A stretch of DNA of 63,013 nucleotides, filler included, from Octopus bimaculoides (GCF_001194135.2; 7 parts of 6 records of this genome joined end to end with filler, not necessarily neighbours in it), one strand, 5' to 3'. Positions 24,989 to 37,362 are shown, numbered from the whole stretch's first letter. Numbers and translations are program-made. Notes: generated by a model not told the origin, from the letters alone.

Positions 24989-26590
24989 ATCTATCATGGC
25001 GAATGAGGAATAATACCAGATGGATGACTAGAGGGAGGACAATACTCATTATGAAAGATAAGAGCAAGGGTAATACAGCCAATAACTATAGTCAAATCAG
25101 TTTCTTACCATTAGTGTGGAAGCTGTTAACAGGAATGTTTTCAGAAAGCATTTACGAGTACCTTGACAACAAAAATTTACTACCAGAACAATAGAAAGGT
25201 TGCAGGAAGAAGGTTAGAGGAATGCATGATGCACTATATATATAGACAAAGCAGAAGGGGGCAGGTAGTCAACGGCGAAGGCATCCAATTACTAGATGGC
25301 CAGACATTAAAATCATTGAAAGGAGGAGAGAGTTATAAGTATCTAGGAGTATTAGAATCTGACAGAGTACTAACTATAGAAATGAAAACGAAAATTGGGA
25401 AGAAGTACATCACAAGGGTGAGGAAGCTAATGAAGTCAAAGGTAAACGGCGCGAATTTAGTGAAGGCTGTAAATACTTGGACAGTATGATTACTTGGATA
25501 TTCAGCAGCTTTTGTAGAGTAGACTAAAACTGAATTAGCAAAGCTAGACATAAGAACTAGGAAGGAATTCAATATGAAAGGAGGACTCCATTCAAGGGCA
25601 GGAGTAGCAAGATTATACCTAGGCGGAAGGGAGTTATCTAGAGTAGATATAGACACCTATGTAGGTAACTGTGAAGAAAGTTTATTGAAAGCTGCTAGAG
25701 TCACAGCAAGACATAGGGAAACCAAAAATCCAATCGAAGTTAAAAACCAGAAAAGGGAATTGAAATTATTTGACTGGTCGATTCCCAAAGATAGTTGCAG
25801 CAACTAGTAGTAATGAGACATTGTTATGGTCGCAGAAAGGAAAGTTGAAGACGGAGACAGAAAATTAGTTAGTAGCTGCACAATATCAAGCATTAAGGAC
25901 TAATTGGATAAAAGCTCAAATACACAAAAACCAAGTAAGATTCCCAAATATAGATTATACAAATCGAAAGAGGATATCGTTACTCATATAGTAAATGAAT
26001 GTAGCATACTGGCACAGAAAGAATACAAGAAAAGACATGACAATCTAGGGAGAGTAATCCACTGGAAGTTATGTAGAAAGCAGGATTTGAACATACTGCT
26101 AAATGATATGAACATGGACCTAGTAAAGTACTAGAAAGTAAAAAAATACAAGATGTGGCACTTTAACATTCAAACTTACAGTTTAATAGAAGCTAGAAGG
26201 GCTGATTTGGTAGTAGTAGATAGAGAGAATAGAAAGTGCCAGATAATTGACTGATGGAAAATTAGTATGAGAGGTATAGAAAAAAATAGCAAAGTACCAG
26301 GATCTAGCTATTGAATTAAAAAGACTGTGGAAAGTGCGGGTAAAATGTATCCCAGTAGTTATAGGTGCGTTGGGAACTATACCTGAAGATCTGTACAGAC
26401 GGATAGAGGAAATAGGCATAACAACTCAGTTTTGTAGAGTTCCAGAAAACAGTGTTATTAGGGATATCTAGGATACTTAGGAGGGTTCTTGGCATGTAAG
26501 GTTACATGCTGTAATCCAATAGGAGGGTTCTTGACATCTCAGGCTACTTGTAGCCCGATGTTAGGATTCTTTTAGTTTCCAACAGTCTAT

Positions 26591-26788
26591 ATTTTCTACT
26601 ATAAACACAAGGCCTGGAATTTGGGGAAGGGACAATCAATTTCATCGACCTCAGTACTTGACCGGTACTTATTTTTTCGACCCCGAAAGGATGAAAGGCA
26701 AAGTTGACTTCAGCGGAATTTGAACTCAGAACGTGGCGACGGACGAAATACTGCTTAGCATTTTGCCCGGCGTGCTAACGTTTCTACT
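26591..26788 (-). mobile_element. tRNA-derived SINE, family A
   Basis: ccccgaaaggatgaaaggcaaagttgacttcagcggaatttgaactcagaacgtggcgacggacgaaatac. Confidence 0.85.
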
Positions 26789-26840
26789 ATCTTAACGACT
26801 CTATCGTCTTAACAACAACAACAACAACAACAACAACAGC

Positions 26841-26910
<70 letters not shown>

Positions 26911-27051
26911 CGTTGGTGGATTGCGGAACGATTTGCAGAAATGGTTTGTTTAGAGTGATCAAGTGTATGTGCTGCATGTTAAGCGCACTCTCTCCATCAA
27001 ATCGACGTTACCTGAACAGGTGTCTAAGCGATCACCGAGCAACGTTAGATG

Positions 27052-27134
<83 letters not shown>

Positions 27135-27136
<2 letters not shown>

Positions 27137-27365
27137 CTTCCAAATTTTGGCGCAAGGCCAGCTAGTTTAGGGTGAGGGACCAAATCGATTACATCCACCG
27201 CAGATCCTATCAGGTACTTATTTTATTGACCCCCCCCGCCCCGCCGGTGTTGATGACAGGCAAAGTCTACCTGGGTGGAATTTAAAAGTGGACCGTTAAG
27301 ACGGATAAATACCATCGCTAAGCATTTTGTCCAAGGCGCTAACGACTCTGCTCGCCCTGCGCCCT
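27135..27365 (-). mobile_element. tRNA-derived SINE, family A (diverged)
   Basis: ggcgcaaggcc...tcgattacatc...ggcaaagtctacc...gctaagcatttt...gctaacgactctgc. Confidence 0.7.
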
Positions 27366-27451
27366 TGCGGCGGTAGTAGTAGTAGTAGTAGTAGTAGTGG
27401 TGATGATGATGATGATAATAATAATATTAATAATAATAATAATAATAATAA

Positions 27452-27490
<39 letters not shown>

Positions 27491-27969
27491 GAAGAAGAAC
27501 AACAACAACAACAAAACCAAAAAAAAAAAAAAGAAGCTGAAAATAAGCGTCAAAGAGAAAATTCCTGAAGATTTAGTCATGCAAAGTCGAAACGTTGTTA
27601 TATGTAACAGTTACTTTTTTTTCTTAGTATATTTTCAAGTATTTGTTTAGTATTTAGTATTTAGTGTGTGAGCGGAGGCAGTTTTAGACTAGGTGAATAC
27701 GAAATAGCTTCAAAAAATTCAAGTCTTCCTTTTTACATTTCTGTGGGTTTTTTTTAATATTTATTTCACAGTTCTTTTTTTGTTTTGCTTTTATTTTCCG
27801 TTAAGATAATATCCCTTGGTAGATGATGGTATAGATGTAGATATATATGTTGCGCGCGCGCGTGTATTTATTTGTTGTGCATGTGTAGGAATGTATGTAT
27901 GTATGTACACTCTCACACATACATAAATACGTACATACATGCTAAAATATTTGTATATATTACATATAT

Positions 27970-28036
<67 letters not shown>

Positions 28037-29181
28037 CATNNNNNNNNNNNNNNNNNNNNNNNNNNNNNNNNNNNNNNNNNNNNNNNNNNNNNNNNNNNNN
28101 NNNNNNNNNNNNNNNNNNNNNNNNNNNNNNNNNNNNNNNNNNNNNNNNNNNNNNNNNNNNNNNNNNNNNNNNNNNNNATATATATATATAGAGAGAGAGA
28201 GAGGGGGGGAGAGAGAATGAGTGAGGACGACTGAGAGAGAGATACATATAACTCCTTTACAGAGTGTATGTATATATATGCGTGCGTGTGTCTGTGTATA
28301 TATAAATATATATTAATGTATATATATATATATACTAACATATTCATATACATATATATACATACATACTTGAGAACTCGATCCTGTAACTTTTAATTCT
28401 AAACTAAGTTTAATAGGGAGTAATACGTGAGGGATAGAAACACAATGCCATGCAGCATGAATATTTAATACCGATTGCGGGCATAACTTACAAATGAGAG
28501 CCATAATGTATAATGGTTATACAGGCATAAAGTGTTCTTCTACTTAGGTGAAAATTTAATCGACAAGAAATCCGCCATGTCAATCCAGTGAAGTTCGCTA
28601 CGAGCTATATCTTCCACACGGCATTTTGAAGAACTAGGTAACGCCTACTTCGGGATAGAATTCAATAATAAAGTTTGGAATCTCTTCAAAGAAGAATTGT
28701 TTTCCTTTCTGTTGTTGCTCTTCTATTCTCGCCCACCCAGCCGCCATTTTATTATCCTTACCGCCACAAAGTGAACGTCGTCAACATCGGCGACAACGCA
28801 TTTCTGCTTTGCCTTATTTTTATATAAGGTTAAATATGTTGCAAGTGTGGGTTAAAGGTTGTATGAAAATAAATAAGATTACACACGCATGCTTGCACAT
28901 ACGCACAGTCACATACGCACACGCACACATACGCACACATACACCATCTCCCACAATCGCCCATTTATGTGCACATATAAACACCTATTCTCGCATATGC
29001 ATATATACAAGCAGATGTGTATGTGTGTGTCTATTGAATGTATGCGCGTATATATCTCTATGAATCTATGAGTATATACATAGATATTGTTTACATACTG
29101 TATTGAGCAGTTTTCCTTTCGTTCGTGCTCATAAAGTGCAGGATTGTATGTATGTCATTGTCCAGTTGCATTGTATGTATA

Positions 29182-29395
29182 AGGCGACAAACTGACAGAG
29201 CCGTTAGCACGCCGGGCGAAATGCTTAGCGATATTTCGTCTGTCATTACGTTCTGAGTTCAAATTCCACCAAGGTCGACTTTGCTTTTCATCCTTACGGG
29301 GTCGATAAATTAAGTATCAGTTGCGTACTGGGATCGATCTAATCGACTGGCCTCCTCCCCCAATATTTCGGGCCTTGTGCCTAGAGTAGGAAAGT
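29182..29395 (+). mobile_element. tRNA-derived SINE, family A
   Basis: gttagcacgccgggcgaaatgcttagcg...ttctgagttcaaattccaccaaggtcgactttgc...ggccttgtgcctagagtag. Confidence 0.9.
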
Positions 29396-29775
29396 TGTAT
29401 ATATGTATGTATGTATGTATATATATATATATANNNNNNNNNNNNNNNNNNNNNNNNNNNNNNNNNNNNNNNNNNNNNNNNNNNNNNNNNNNNNNNNNNN
29501 NNNNNNNNNNNNNNNNNNNNNNNNNNNNNNNNNNNNNNNNNNNNNNNNNNNNNNNNNNNNNNNNNNNNNNNNNNNNNNNNNNNNNNNNNNNNNNNNNNNN
29601 NNNNNNNNNNNNNNNNNNNNNNNNNNNNNNNNNNNNNNNNNNNNNNNNNNTATATATATATATATATATATATGAGTGTATATGCATATATATATGTAGA
29701 TATATAGGTGTATACCTACATATACATACATATATATATGAGTGTGTGTGTGTATGTATGTTTGGTTGTGTGAAG

Positions 29776-30075
29776 GTACGTGGCATAATGGTTTGGGCAA
29801 TCGGCTCACGATCGTAAGGTCGTGTGTTCAATTCCCGGCGACGCGTTGTATCTTTTATTTCACGTTGCTCCAGTCCACTCAGCTGGTAAAAAGGAGTAGT
29901 ACCTGTATTTCAAAGGACCAGCCTTGTCACACTCTGTGTCTCATTGAATGTCACCGAGAACTACGTAAAGGGTACACGTGCCTATGGGGTACTCAGTCAC
30001 TTGCATATTAATTTCACGAGCAGGCTGTTTCGTTGACCGTATCAGCTGGGACCCTCGTCGTCGTAAACGACGTAG
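29776..30075 (+). mobile_element. tRNA-derived SINE, family E
   Basis: A-box tggcataatgg, B-box gttcaattcc; body gaccagccttgtcaca...gagaacta.gt.aagggtacacgtg shared with 54110-54390. Confidence 0.75.
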
Positions 30076-30314
30076 TGCTCCTTATATGTATACGTATACA
30101 CACACACACATGCACATATATACATACATACATACATTCATACATATGCACATATAATACATATTGGATTAGGCTGCACTGCCCATTTTCAGTCCACTGC
30201 AGGACGAAAGCCTCAGCATGTTCTCTCCGCCAAACACTGTCCGATGTACCGGTCGTGAATTCGAGCTTGAGATCATACTGGTCTCCCATACTGGCCCGAT
30301 ATGATTTTTGCACA

Positions 30315-30490
30315 GGGGTACAATCTTTTCACTCTTACCCGCGAAGCTCAACTGGTACATATTTTATCAACGCCGAAACCATAAAAGGCAATGTTAGCTT
30401 CGACGGAATTTGAACTCAGGACATAAGGACGAAAAAAATGCCGCTAAGCATATCGCCCGGCGTACTAACGGTTCTGCTAGCTCACCGCGC
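30315..30490 (-). mobile_element. tRNA-derived SINE, family A
   Basis: caactggtac...ggaatttgaactcagg...gccgctaagcatatcgcccggcgtactaacg. Confidence 0.75.
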
Positions 30491-31165
30491 TATATAAATA
30501 CATACATACTTAGTATATACACGTGGCTATTAGATTTCCCTTGGGGCTAGCCAGAATGGAGCAGTCACGAGTACAACCAGCCGAAACTGCAAAGATAATC
30601 TGGAACTCGACTGACGAAAGAAAACTCCGAATGACCGGTCCTTGNNNNNNNNNNNNNNNNNNNNNNNNNNNNNNNNNNNNNNNNNNNNNNNNNNNNNNNN
30701 NNNNNNNNNNNNNNNNNNNNNNNNNNNNNNNNNNNNNNNNNNNNNNNNNNNNNNNNNNNNNNNNNNNNNNNNNNNNNNNNNNNNNNNNNNNNNNNNNNNN
30801 NNNNNNNNNNNNNNNNNNNNNNNNNNNNNNNNNNNNNNNNNNNNNNNNNNNNNNNNNNNNNNNNNNNNNNNNNNNNNNNNNNNNNNNNNNNNNNNNNNNN
30901 NNNNNNNNNNNNNNNNNNNNNNNNNNNNNNNNNNNNNNNNNNNNNNNNNNNNNNNNNNNNNNNNNNNNNNNNNNNNNNNNNNNNNNNNNNNNNNNNNNNN
31001 NNNNNNNNNNNNNNNNNNNNNNNNNNNNNNNNNNNNNNNNNNNNNNNNNNNNNNNNNNNNNNNNNNNNNNNNNNNNNNNNNNNNNNNNNNNNNNNNNNNN
31101 NNNNNNNNNNNNNNNNNNNNNNNNNNNNNNNNNNNNNNNNNNNNNNNNNNNNNNNNNNNNNNNNN

Positions 31166-31219
<54 letters not shown>

Positions 31220-31576
31220 AAAATAAGCAACAAAGATATCCAGAGGTAATGCAGTGCGATCGTTTTATGCAACTCCATTTAATTTAACAATGCAGTCATT
31301 ACATCAATTTAAATGCAGAGCAATCTTCAGCTGCACAATGACATACAATTTAATTAAATCAAAACAGATGGGCACATTAGTATAATTATACCTAAAATCT
31401 CCAGGAAGTTAAGGAGATAGATTACCTTTGGATATCCTTGTTGATTATTTTGATTTTAATCACCTTATTTTGAAATTGCATGGATAATAGCGTACTAAAT
31501 TCTGGTGCCTCAACTTAAGTACCATATTAATCTGAATCTATCTATATCTATATCTCTCTCTCTCTCTATCTCTCTA

Positions 31577-31612
<36 letters not shown>

Positions 31613-31907
31613 TCTCTNNNNNNNNNNNNNNNNNNNNNNNNNNNNNNNNNNNNNNNNNNNNNNNNNNNNNNNNNNNNNNNNNNNNNNNNNNNNNNNNNNN
31701 NNNNNNNNNNNNNNNNNNNNNNNNNNNNNNNNNNNNNNNNNNNNNNNNNNNNNNNNNNNNNNNNNNNNNNNNNNNNNNNNNNNNNNNNNNNNNNNNNNNN
31801 NNNNNNNNNNNNNNNNNNNNNNNNNNNNNNNNNNNNNNNNNNNNNNNNNNNNNNNNNNNNNNNNNNNNNNNNNNNNNNNNNNNNNNNNNNNNNNNNNNNN
31901 NNNNNNN

Positions 31908-31956
<49 letters not shown>

Positions 31957-31989
31957 GAGTGTGTATGTACCGATGTATTTGAATCGGTG

Positions 31990-32215
31990 GAGGTGCGTGG
32001 TTTAGTGGTTAGGGTTTTGGACTCATGATCGTAAGGTTGTGGTTTCACTTCCTAGACGGGGCGATGCGTTGTGTTCTAGAGTAAATTTCTTCATTTCACG
32101 TTACTCCAGTCCACTCAGCTGGCGAAATTAAGTAATCCTGTGACTGACTGGGAGAATATATACGTCAGAGAAACCGGGGATCTAACCCTTATGGGTTGGT
32201 ATGACTCGAGAAGGT
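31990..32215 (+). mobile_element. tRNA-derived SINE, family E (partial)
   Basis: ggtttagtggttaggg...catgatcgtaaggttgtggtttc...tttcacgttactccagtccactcagctgg. Confidence 0.65.
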
Positions 32216-32804
32216 AGCTTTATTTTTTTGTTAAAGTATTTTAATACGAGCAGGAGAAGTAACGAAATCCTATATCTGGTTTCGTGATTATCTTCAAATC
32301 ATCTAACTTTGGCAAAACTGATTCATTGACTACAATTTGAACCCTGATCTCTCCAAGAAGAAGAGAAGCAAATTTTCAAATTCAGGTCAAAGATAAGACA
32401 GTTGCGGCATGGCACCACGTCTTTCCAATTCCTGCTTCTTTTCACAGTCAGAAATTGTGAAACTGGTAAGTTCTATGTAAATAAATATCCTTAATGATTC
32501 CAAGTGCATCTTCAACTTCAATTCATTACACACACACATGCATAAACACATATATGTACGTGTCTATGCATATATATATATGCGTGAGTGTGTATTCTTT
32601 TATCCTTTTATGTTTTAGCTTTGAGGCTGTGGCTATGCTAGGGCACCTCCAGTGAATCGAGACGCTAACAGTACCTAAGTTTCCCAAGCAGTCACTCATC
32701 TAAATACTCACTAGACTCGATGTTGTTTAACTTGGGTAATCGGACGAGAACCGGTGCATTCAACGTGATATGGTCGTATGTATGTATGTATGTATGTATG
32801 ATGG

Positions 32805-32840
<36 letters not shown>

Positions 32841-33233
32841 ATGGATGTGTGTGTGTGTTTATGTATGCAGAAACGCCACCTTTTACGCTATCTTCACCCT
32901 CCATCATGAGCAAACCACTTTGTGGTCGCTCTGCAGGTTAGAAATAGTAACTACTAGCAATCACATAACATCCTGCATTCTTAAATAGAAGGATACTGAC
33001 CAAACTAAGGTTTGATATTTTAAAATACGTGATAGAACCCATCGTAGCACCCTTGATCAGAGAGGCTCTATATCATGGCTGAACTGCTAGAAATAGAAGC
33101 CAGAATTCTCTTAAAGAGGGAAAAGACATTTAGAAAGTGTAGTGTCTTGGGTGAACTCAAAAGGAAGACATTTGATCATAGATATACCCAATATGGTTTG
33201 ATTTGGAGCCAGACAACAACAATAACACCAGTC

Positions 33234-33281
33234 CTATGCGTCCTTCACCTTGGGCCCTACTGCCCCTCCTTTTAGGAGAAC
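33234..33281 (-). CDS. Candidate terminal coding exon (VLLKGGAVGPKVKDA*)
   Basis: Acceptor cttcaacag at 33282; a 68-bp GT-AG intron links it in phase 0 to the 33350-33422 exon. Confidence 0.3.
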   Translation of the reverse strand, partial: VLLKGGAVGPKVKDA

Positions 33282-33349
33282 CTGTTGAAGCTATAACGTA
33301 CAGTTCAATGCAAGTCATTACCTAGCTATATCTCTGAAACCAAATTTAC

Positions 33350-33422
33350 GTTTGGGCCTCTCTCCCTGCTGCTTGCATTTCTCTCTGTCCTTCTTCCAAA
33401 CATGGGTCTTCCACGGTTCAAC
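33350..33422 (-). CDS. Candidate 73-bp exon, neuropeptide-precursor-like (LNRGRPMFGRRTERNASSRERGPN)
   Basis: Strong acceptor ttttctcttccatttttttaacag|G, donor C|GTAAAT; the frame contains a Gly-Arg-Arg amidation/cleavage signal after Met-Phe. The alternative frame is also open. Confidence 0.4.
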
Positions 33423-33472
33423 CTGTTAAAAAAATGGAAGAGAAAACCGAAAAAATGTTATGCATCTATGCG

Positions 33473-33518
<46 letters not shown>

Positions 33519-34181
33519 TGTATGTATATGAAGTTGATTATTTCCGCTTTAGTTTCGGATTCAGAGTTTTTATAAGGTATTTTTATTTTGTCTTTTGTAG
33601 TTGAAAATTTTCTTACTTTATTTTGTAAATATGGAATATTCTAAATTTTCCACTTGCACAAATGTCTACATGTTTAGTACACATCTTAGAAATGTTCCAT
33701 GTAATAAACATCGAGGTATTTGCGAAAATAGAAACTTTAAAATCACTAACAATTAAAAATATTCCCCTTTTACATATTATAACATGAAAATGATCCAAAA
33801 CGAAGGACAAAAGAGAAATAATTTCTAAATAATTTTAATCCGAAACTCAACAGGAATTACTTAACACTCTTACAAAACAACAATTTTCTCTCTATGCATA
33901 AACTCGGAACATGTTGACAAACGAAAGAGCTTACGCACAAAATACAGACTAAACATAAAATACTATATACAAACTTTTTTTCACAAAATTCAGTGACATT
34001 CTGTTAAATAAAATAATTTTTTTAAATAGTTAATTACTTTTAAAAAATCGTTTTCTAATTATTGCAACTGCATCAAGTAATTTTTACAAAAGCTTTGGAA
34101 TGAACACACACACACACACACAAATATACAATATATANNNNNNNNNNNNNNNNNNNNNNNNNNNNNNNNNNNNNNNNNNNN

Positions 34182-34193
34182 TTAATTAATTAA
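34182..34193. other. Artificial scaffold-join spacer TTAATTAATTAA
   Basis: N44-12mer-N44. Confidence 0.95.
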
Positions 34194-34237
34194 NNNNNNN
34201 NNNNNNNNNNNNNNNNNNNNNNNNNNNNNNNNNNNNN

Positions 34238-34293
<56 letters not shown>

Positions 34294-34789
34294 GCATATA
34301 TGTATGTATCTATATACATATGTATGTATATATGTATGTACATATATACATACAAAGAGAGAGAGAATAGTATACATAATGGCGGTGCCCCAGCATGGCC
34401 ACAGCTCATGAGCTGAAACTAGATAAAATAATAAATTTTATGAAATAAAGATAAATGAATACATATTTACACATGCATAAATATACACATCATAGATACA
34501 AGAATATATATACGTTTGCACATATGCGCATTATTGTATAAACATATTCACTAACATTCACGCATACACACACACACACACACACACATATATGTATGCA
34601 TATATGTGTGTGTGTCTGTCTGTAAACATATAAATATATCTTTTTGTGATCGCGCGTGTGTGTGTGTGTGTATGAGTGGCTTATCTTTTCATCTTTTTAC
34701 TGTCACTAGTTTCAACCAGAAGCTGAGGCCACGCTAGGACATCATCTTTTAGCGAGGTTTTTTTTTCTTTTTTTTGGTATTCTTTTTCG

Positions 34790-35830
34790 TGAAGCAGCTA
34801 GTTGGACGGAGCCGCTCTTCTTTGTGTCTTCCGCTGTGGTTTGTGTTCATCTAGCATCGCAGATGAAAATTTCCTCCACATATTATTTGAAACCTCCACA
34901 TCTACAGCTGGCAAATCTTTGAGGTGATTTGACAGAATGTTGAATAGTTTTGTGTGGACACTTAAAACCGTACTTGTTACAGCTTCTGTCCCATATTCAA
35001 CTAGATGGATACGCGATCTTTGGAACTAGGCAAGGCCATCCACTTCGGTCACTGATATAATATTCAATTCCAAGTTCGGGCGCTAGACTTTCCAGGATCT
35101 TCCACATGTCCATCATTGTATATATTTCGCGTTTTGTCTCTAAGGTTAGAGTTTAGGTTCTTTTAGCGTCTACCATAAGCTATTCCGTTGCATCGAGTCA
35201 ATGATTTTCGTGTAGTGGAGTTCGGTTGCCTCTGTTACCGGCACCAGTTTAACACTTTGCAGTTAAAACACCTCGGAGCAGTAGACCAGACGACCGAGAA
35301 CGAAAGTTCTCCATAGGAGTACCATGTTATCTTTCTCATAATCCATTCAGCTCTTCGCCTGCACAGTGTTGCCATCGTGGTAACATGAAGGTAGGCTGTT
35401 GCATCATTACTCGTCTGGATTCCCATGTCACGCTCCGTTCCAAACTTTGTGATTGCACTATCCAATGGTTCTCTTTATTGCAATTGCGGTCTGTTTGTGG
35501 TCTGATAGTGGAGTCCTTGAAAACTTTCAGCATTGAACTGAATGTTGTATTCAATAGCTCATTCACGGCTTTCTGCAGTTTCAGAATGTCATCAGCGCCC
35601 TTGAGTGCCTGTGATACATTTGTATCATCAGCATAGCTGTGAGTCTGGTTCACCTAATGGCCGAGGGAATGTCTGAGACAGCCACCAAACACTAGTGGCG
35701 CCAGTGTAATCTACTGAAAGACTCCGCTGCAAGCTGTCTCATCATTGGCTGCAACAGTGTGATTTCTGCCTTTTAAAAAGTCATGCAGCCACATCCCTAA
35801 TTCTTCACCGGTGCCAATTCGTCGAAGTCA
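34790..35830 (-). mobile_element. CR1-like LINE, decayed RT domain to C-terminus
   Basis: TLAPLVF/VAVSDIPSAI, SYADDTNVSQALKGADDILKLQ (YADD at 35624-35635), ERDMGI..S.DA, and MWKILESL near the C-terminus. Confidence 0.85.
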
Positions 35831-35903
35831 TCTGGTTCTATGTTCTGTTGCTTTTTTTGTTTTTTGTTTTGTTTCTTGAGAAATTCTAATTGTTACTTCT
35901 TAC

Positions 35904-35913
35904 CTGTATTCAC
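35904..35913 (-). CDS. Candidate upstream exon end/microexon (GTGAATACAG) with strong donor
   Basis: tttcatcag|GTGAATACAG|gtaagaag; ends in phase 2 (AG), matching the 33422 exon to give GEY-R-LNRGRPMFGRR; the link crosses an assembly join. Confidence 0.2.
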
Positions 35914-36537
35914 CTGATGAAATCGTTATGTTTTTACGGGGTGTAACACTTTTGTTCACCAATAAAGAATACGTCTGGAGCACACACACACCCACCCACC
36001 CACACACACACACACACATACACAGAGGCATACGTATATACAAAGTCAATATATGTGTCTATATATATATACACACACACGCACGCGCACTCACGCATAC
36101 ACACACACGAACACGCATATATGTCGTTTAGCTCGAACACGCGATCTTAAAGACAACGTTTGTCACGTTAAATTTTTCATATTTATATATACTAATCATC
36201 CTTCTTAAGACGGCGCAATGTGTGATTTGAATATATTTTTCCTAATTTCTAGCTTGACCAAACAGATCGTGGGAAGCGTTCAATAGGTCTTTGTCTATAT
36301 CGGGTTCTACACTAATAATTAACGAGTCTGATATTTCCAATTTGGAGCTGCAGCTACTAATTTAAGCATTTCTATTTAGCGCGTAGGGACTCCAGTAATT
36401 GTTTCAGTAAGCTACCGTTACAGACATTTTTATTACCACTTCAACACGTATATTTATTTATCGCATTTTAACGTCATAAAAGCAGCGCCGGCAGCAGCAG
36501 TAGCAGCAGCAGTAGTAGTAGTAGTAGTAGTAGCAGC

Positions 36538-36575
<38 letters not shown>

Positions 36576-36831
36576 TAGTAGTAGTAGTAGTAGTAGTTCT
36601 GCTAGTGGTTATTATTATTATTATTATTATTGTTGTTGTTGTTGTTGTTCTTATTATTATATGTTTGACTTTTGTTTTGCATTTGTACAAGTTCGCTCCA
36701 AGTCTCACCCAGAGACCTCAAGAGACAAGTTAGAAGTTCATGTTGGTGTTATGCCTAGGGTGTCATATATTTGGGTTTGCACATAATATTGTTCCGGAGA
36801 ATGTTTAAGAAAACATAAGAAAATTAATATT

Positions 36832-37004
<173 letters not shown>

Positions 37005-37305
37005 NNNNNNNNNNNNNNNNNNNNNNNNNNNNNNNNNNNNNNNNNNNNNNNNNNNNNNNNNNNNNNNNNNNNNNNNNNNNNNNNNNNNNNNNNNNNNNNN
37101 NNNNNNNNNNNNNNNNNNNNNNNNNNNNNNNNNNNNNNNNNNNNNNNNNNNNNNNNNNNNNNNNNNNNNNNNNNNNNNNNNNNNNNNNNNNNNNNNNNNN
37201 NNNNNNNNNNNNNNNNNNNNNNNNNNNNNNNNNNNNNNNNNNNNNNNNNNNNNNNNNNNNNNNNNNNNNNNNNNNNNNNNNNNNNNNNNNNNNNNNNNNN
37301 NNNNN

Positions 37306-37360
<55 letters not shown>

Positions 37361-37362
<2 letters not shown>

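Larger units (their letters stand above)
24718..25001 (-). mobile_element. Hammerhead-bearing ~180-bp element (with 18-bp expansion) inserted into the Dong element
   Basis: Homologous to the 4745-5398 units; flanked by aatgaaggaataa (24705-24717) and aatgaggaataa (25002-25013); removing it restores CLNEGII...WMTRGRT. Confidence 0.8.
22972..26590 (+). mobile_element. Near full-length, decayed Dong/R4-clade non-LTR retrotransposon (RT plus restriction-like endonuclease)
   Basis: Fragments KWTSEENRIVIQCYLESEPKRRGY (N-term), YQQNRLFETDQRRF, KIPNWKCPGSD, NYSQISFLPLVWKLLTG (RT domain 2), YKYLGV, GGLHSRAGVARLYL, THIVNEC...KRHDNLGRVIHWKLC (CCHC remnant), ARRADLVVVD and KYQDLAIELKRLW...PVVIGALG (RLE); many stops and frameshifts; preceded by (TAA)n at 22911-22971. 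Confidence 0.9.

Noticed and set aside
29776-29850. tRNA genes at SINE heads
   Set aside because: A/B boxes are present but there is no complete cloverleaf, and they continue into SINE bodies.
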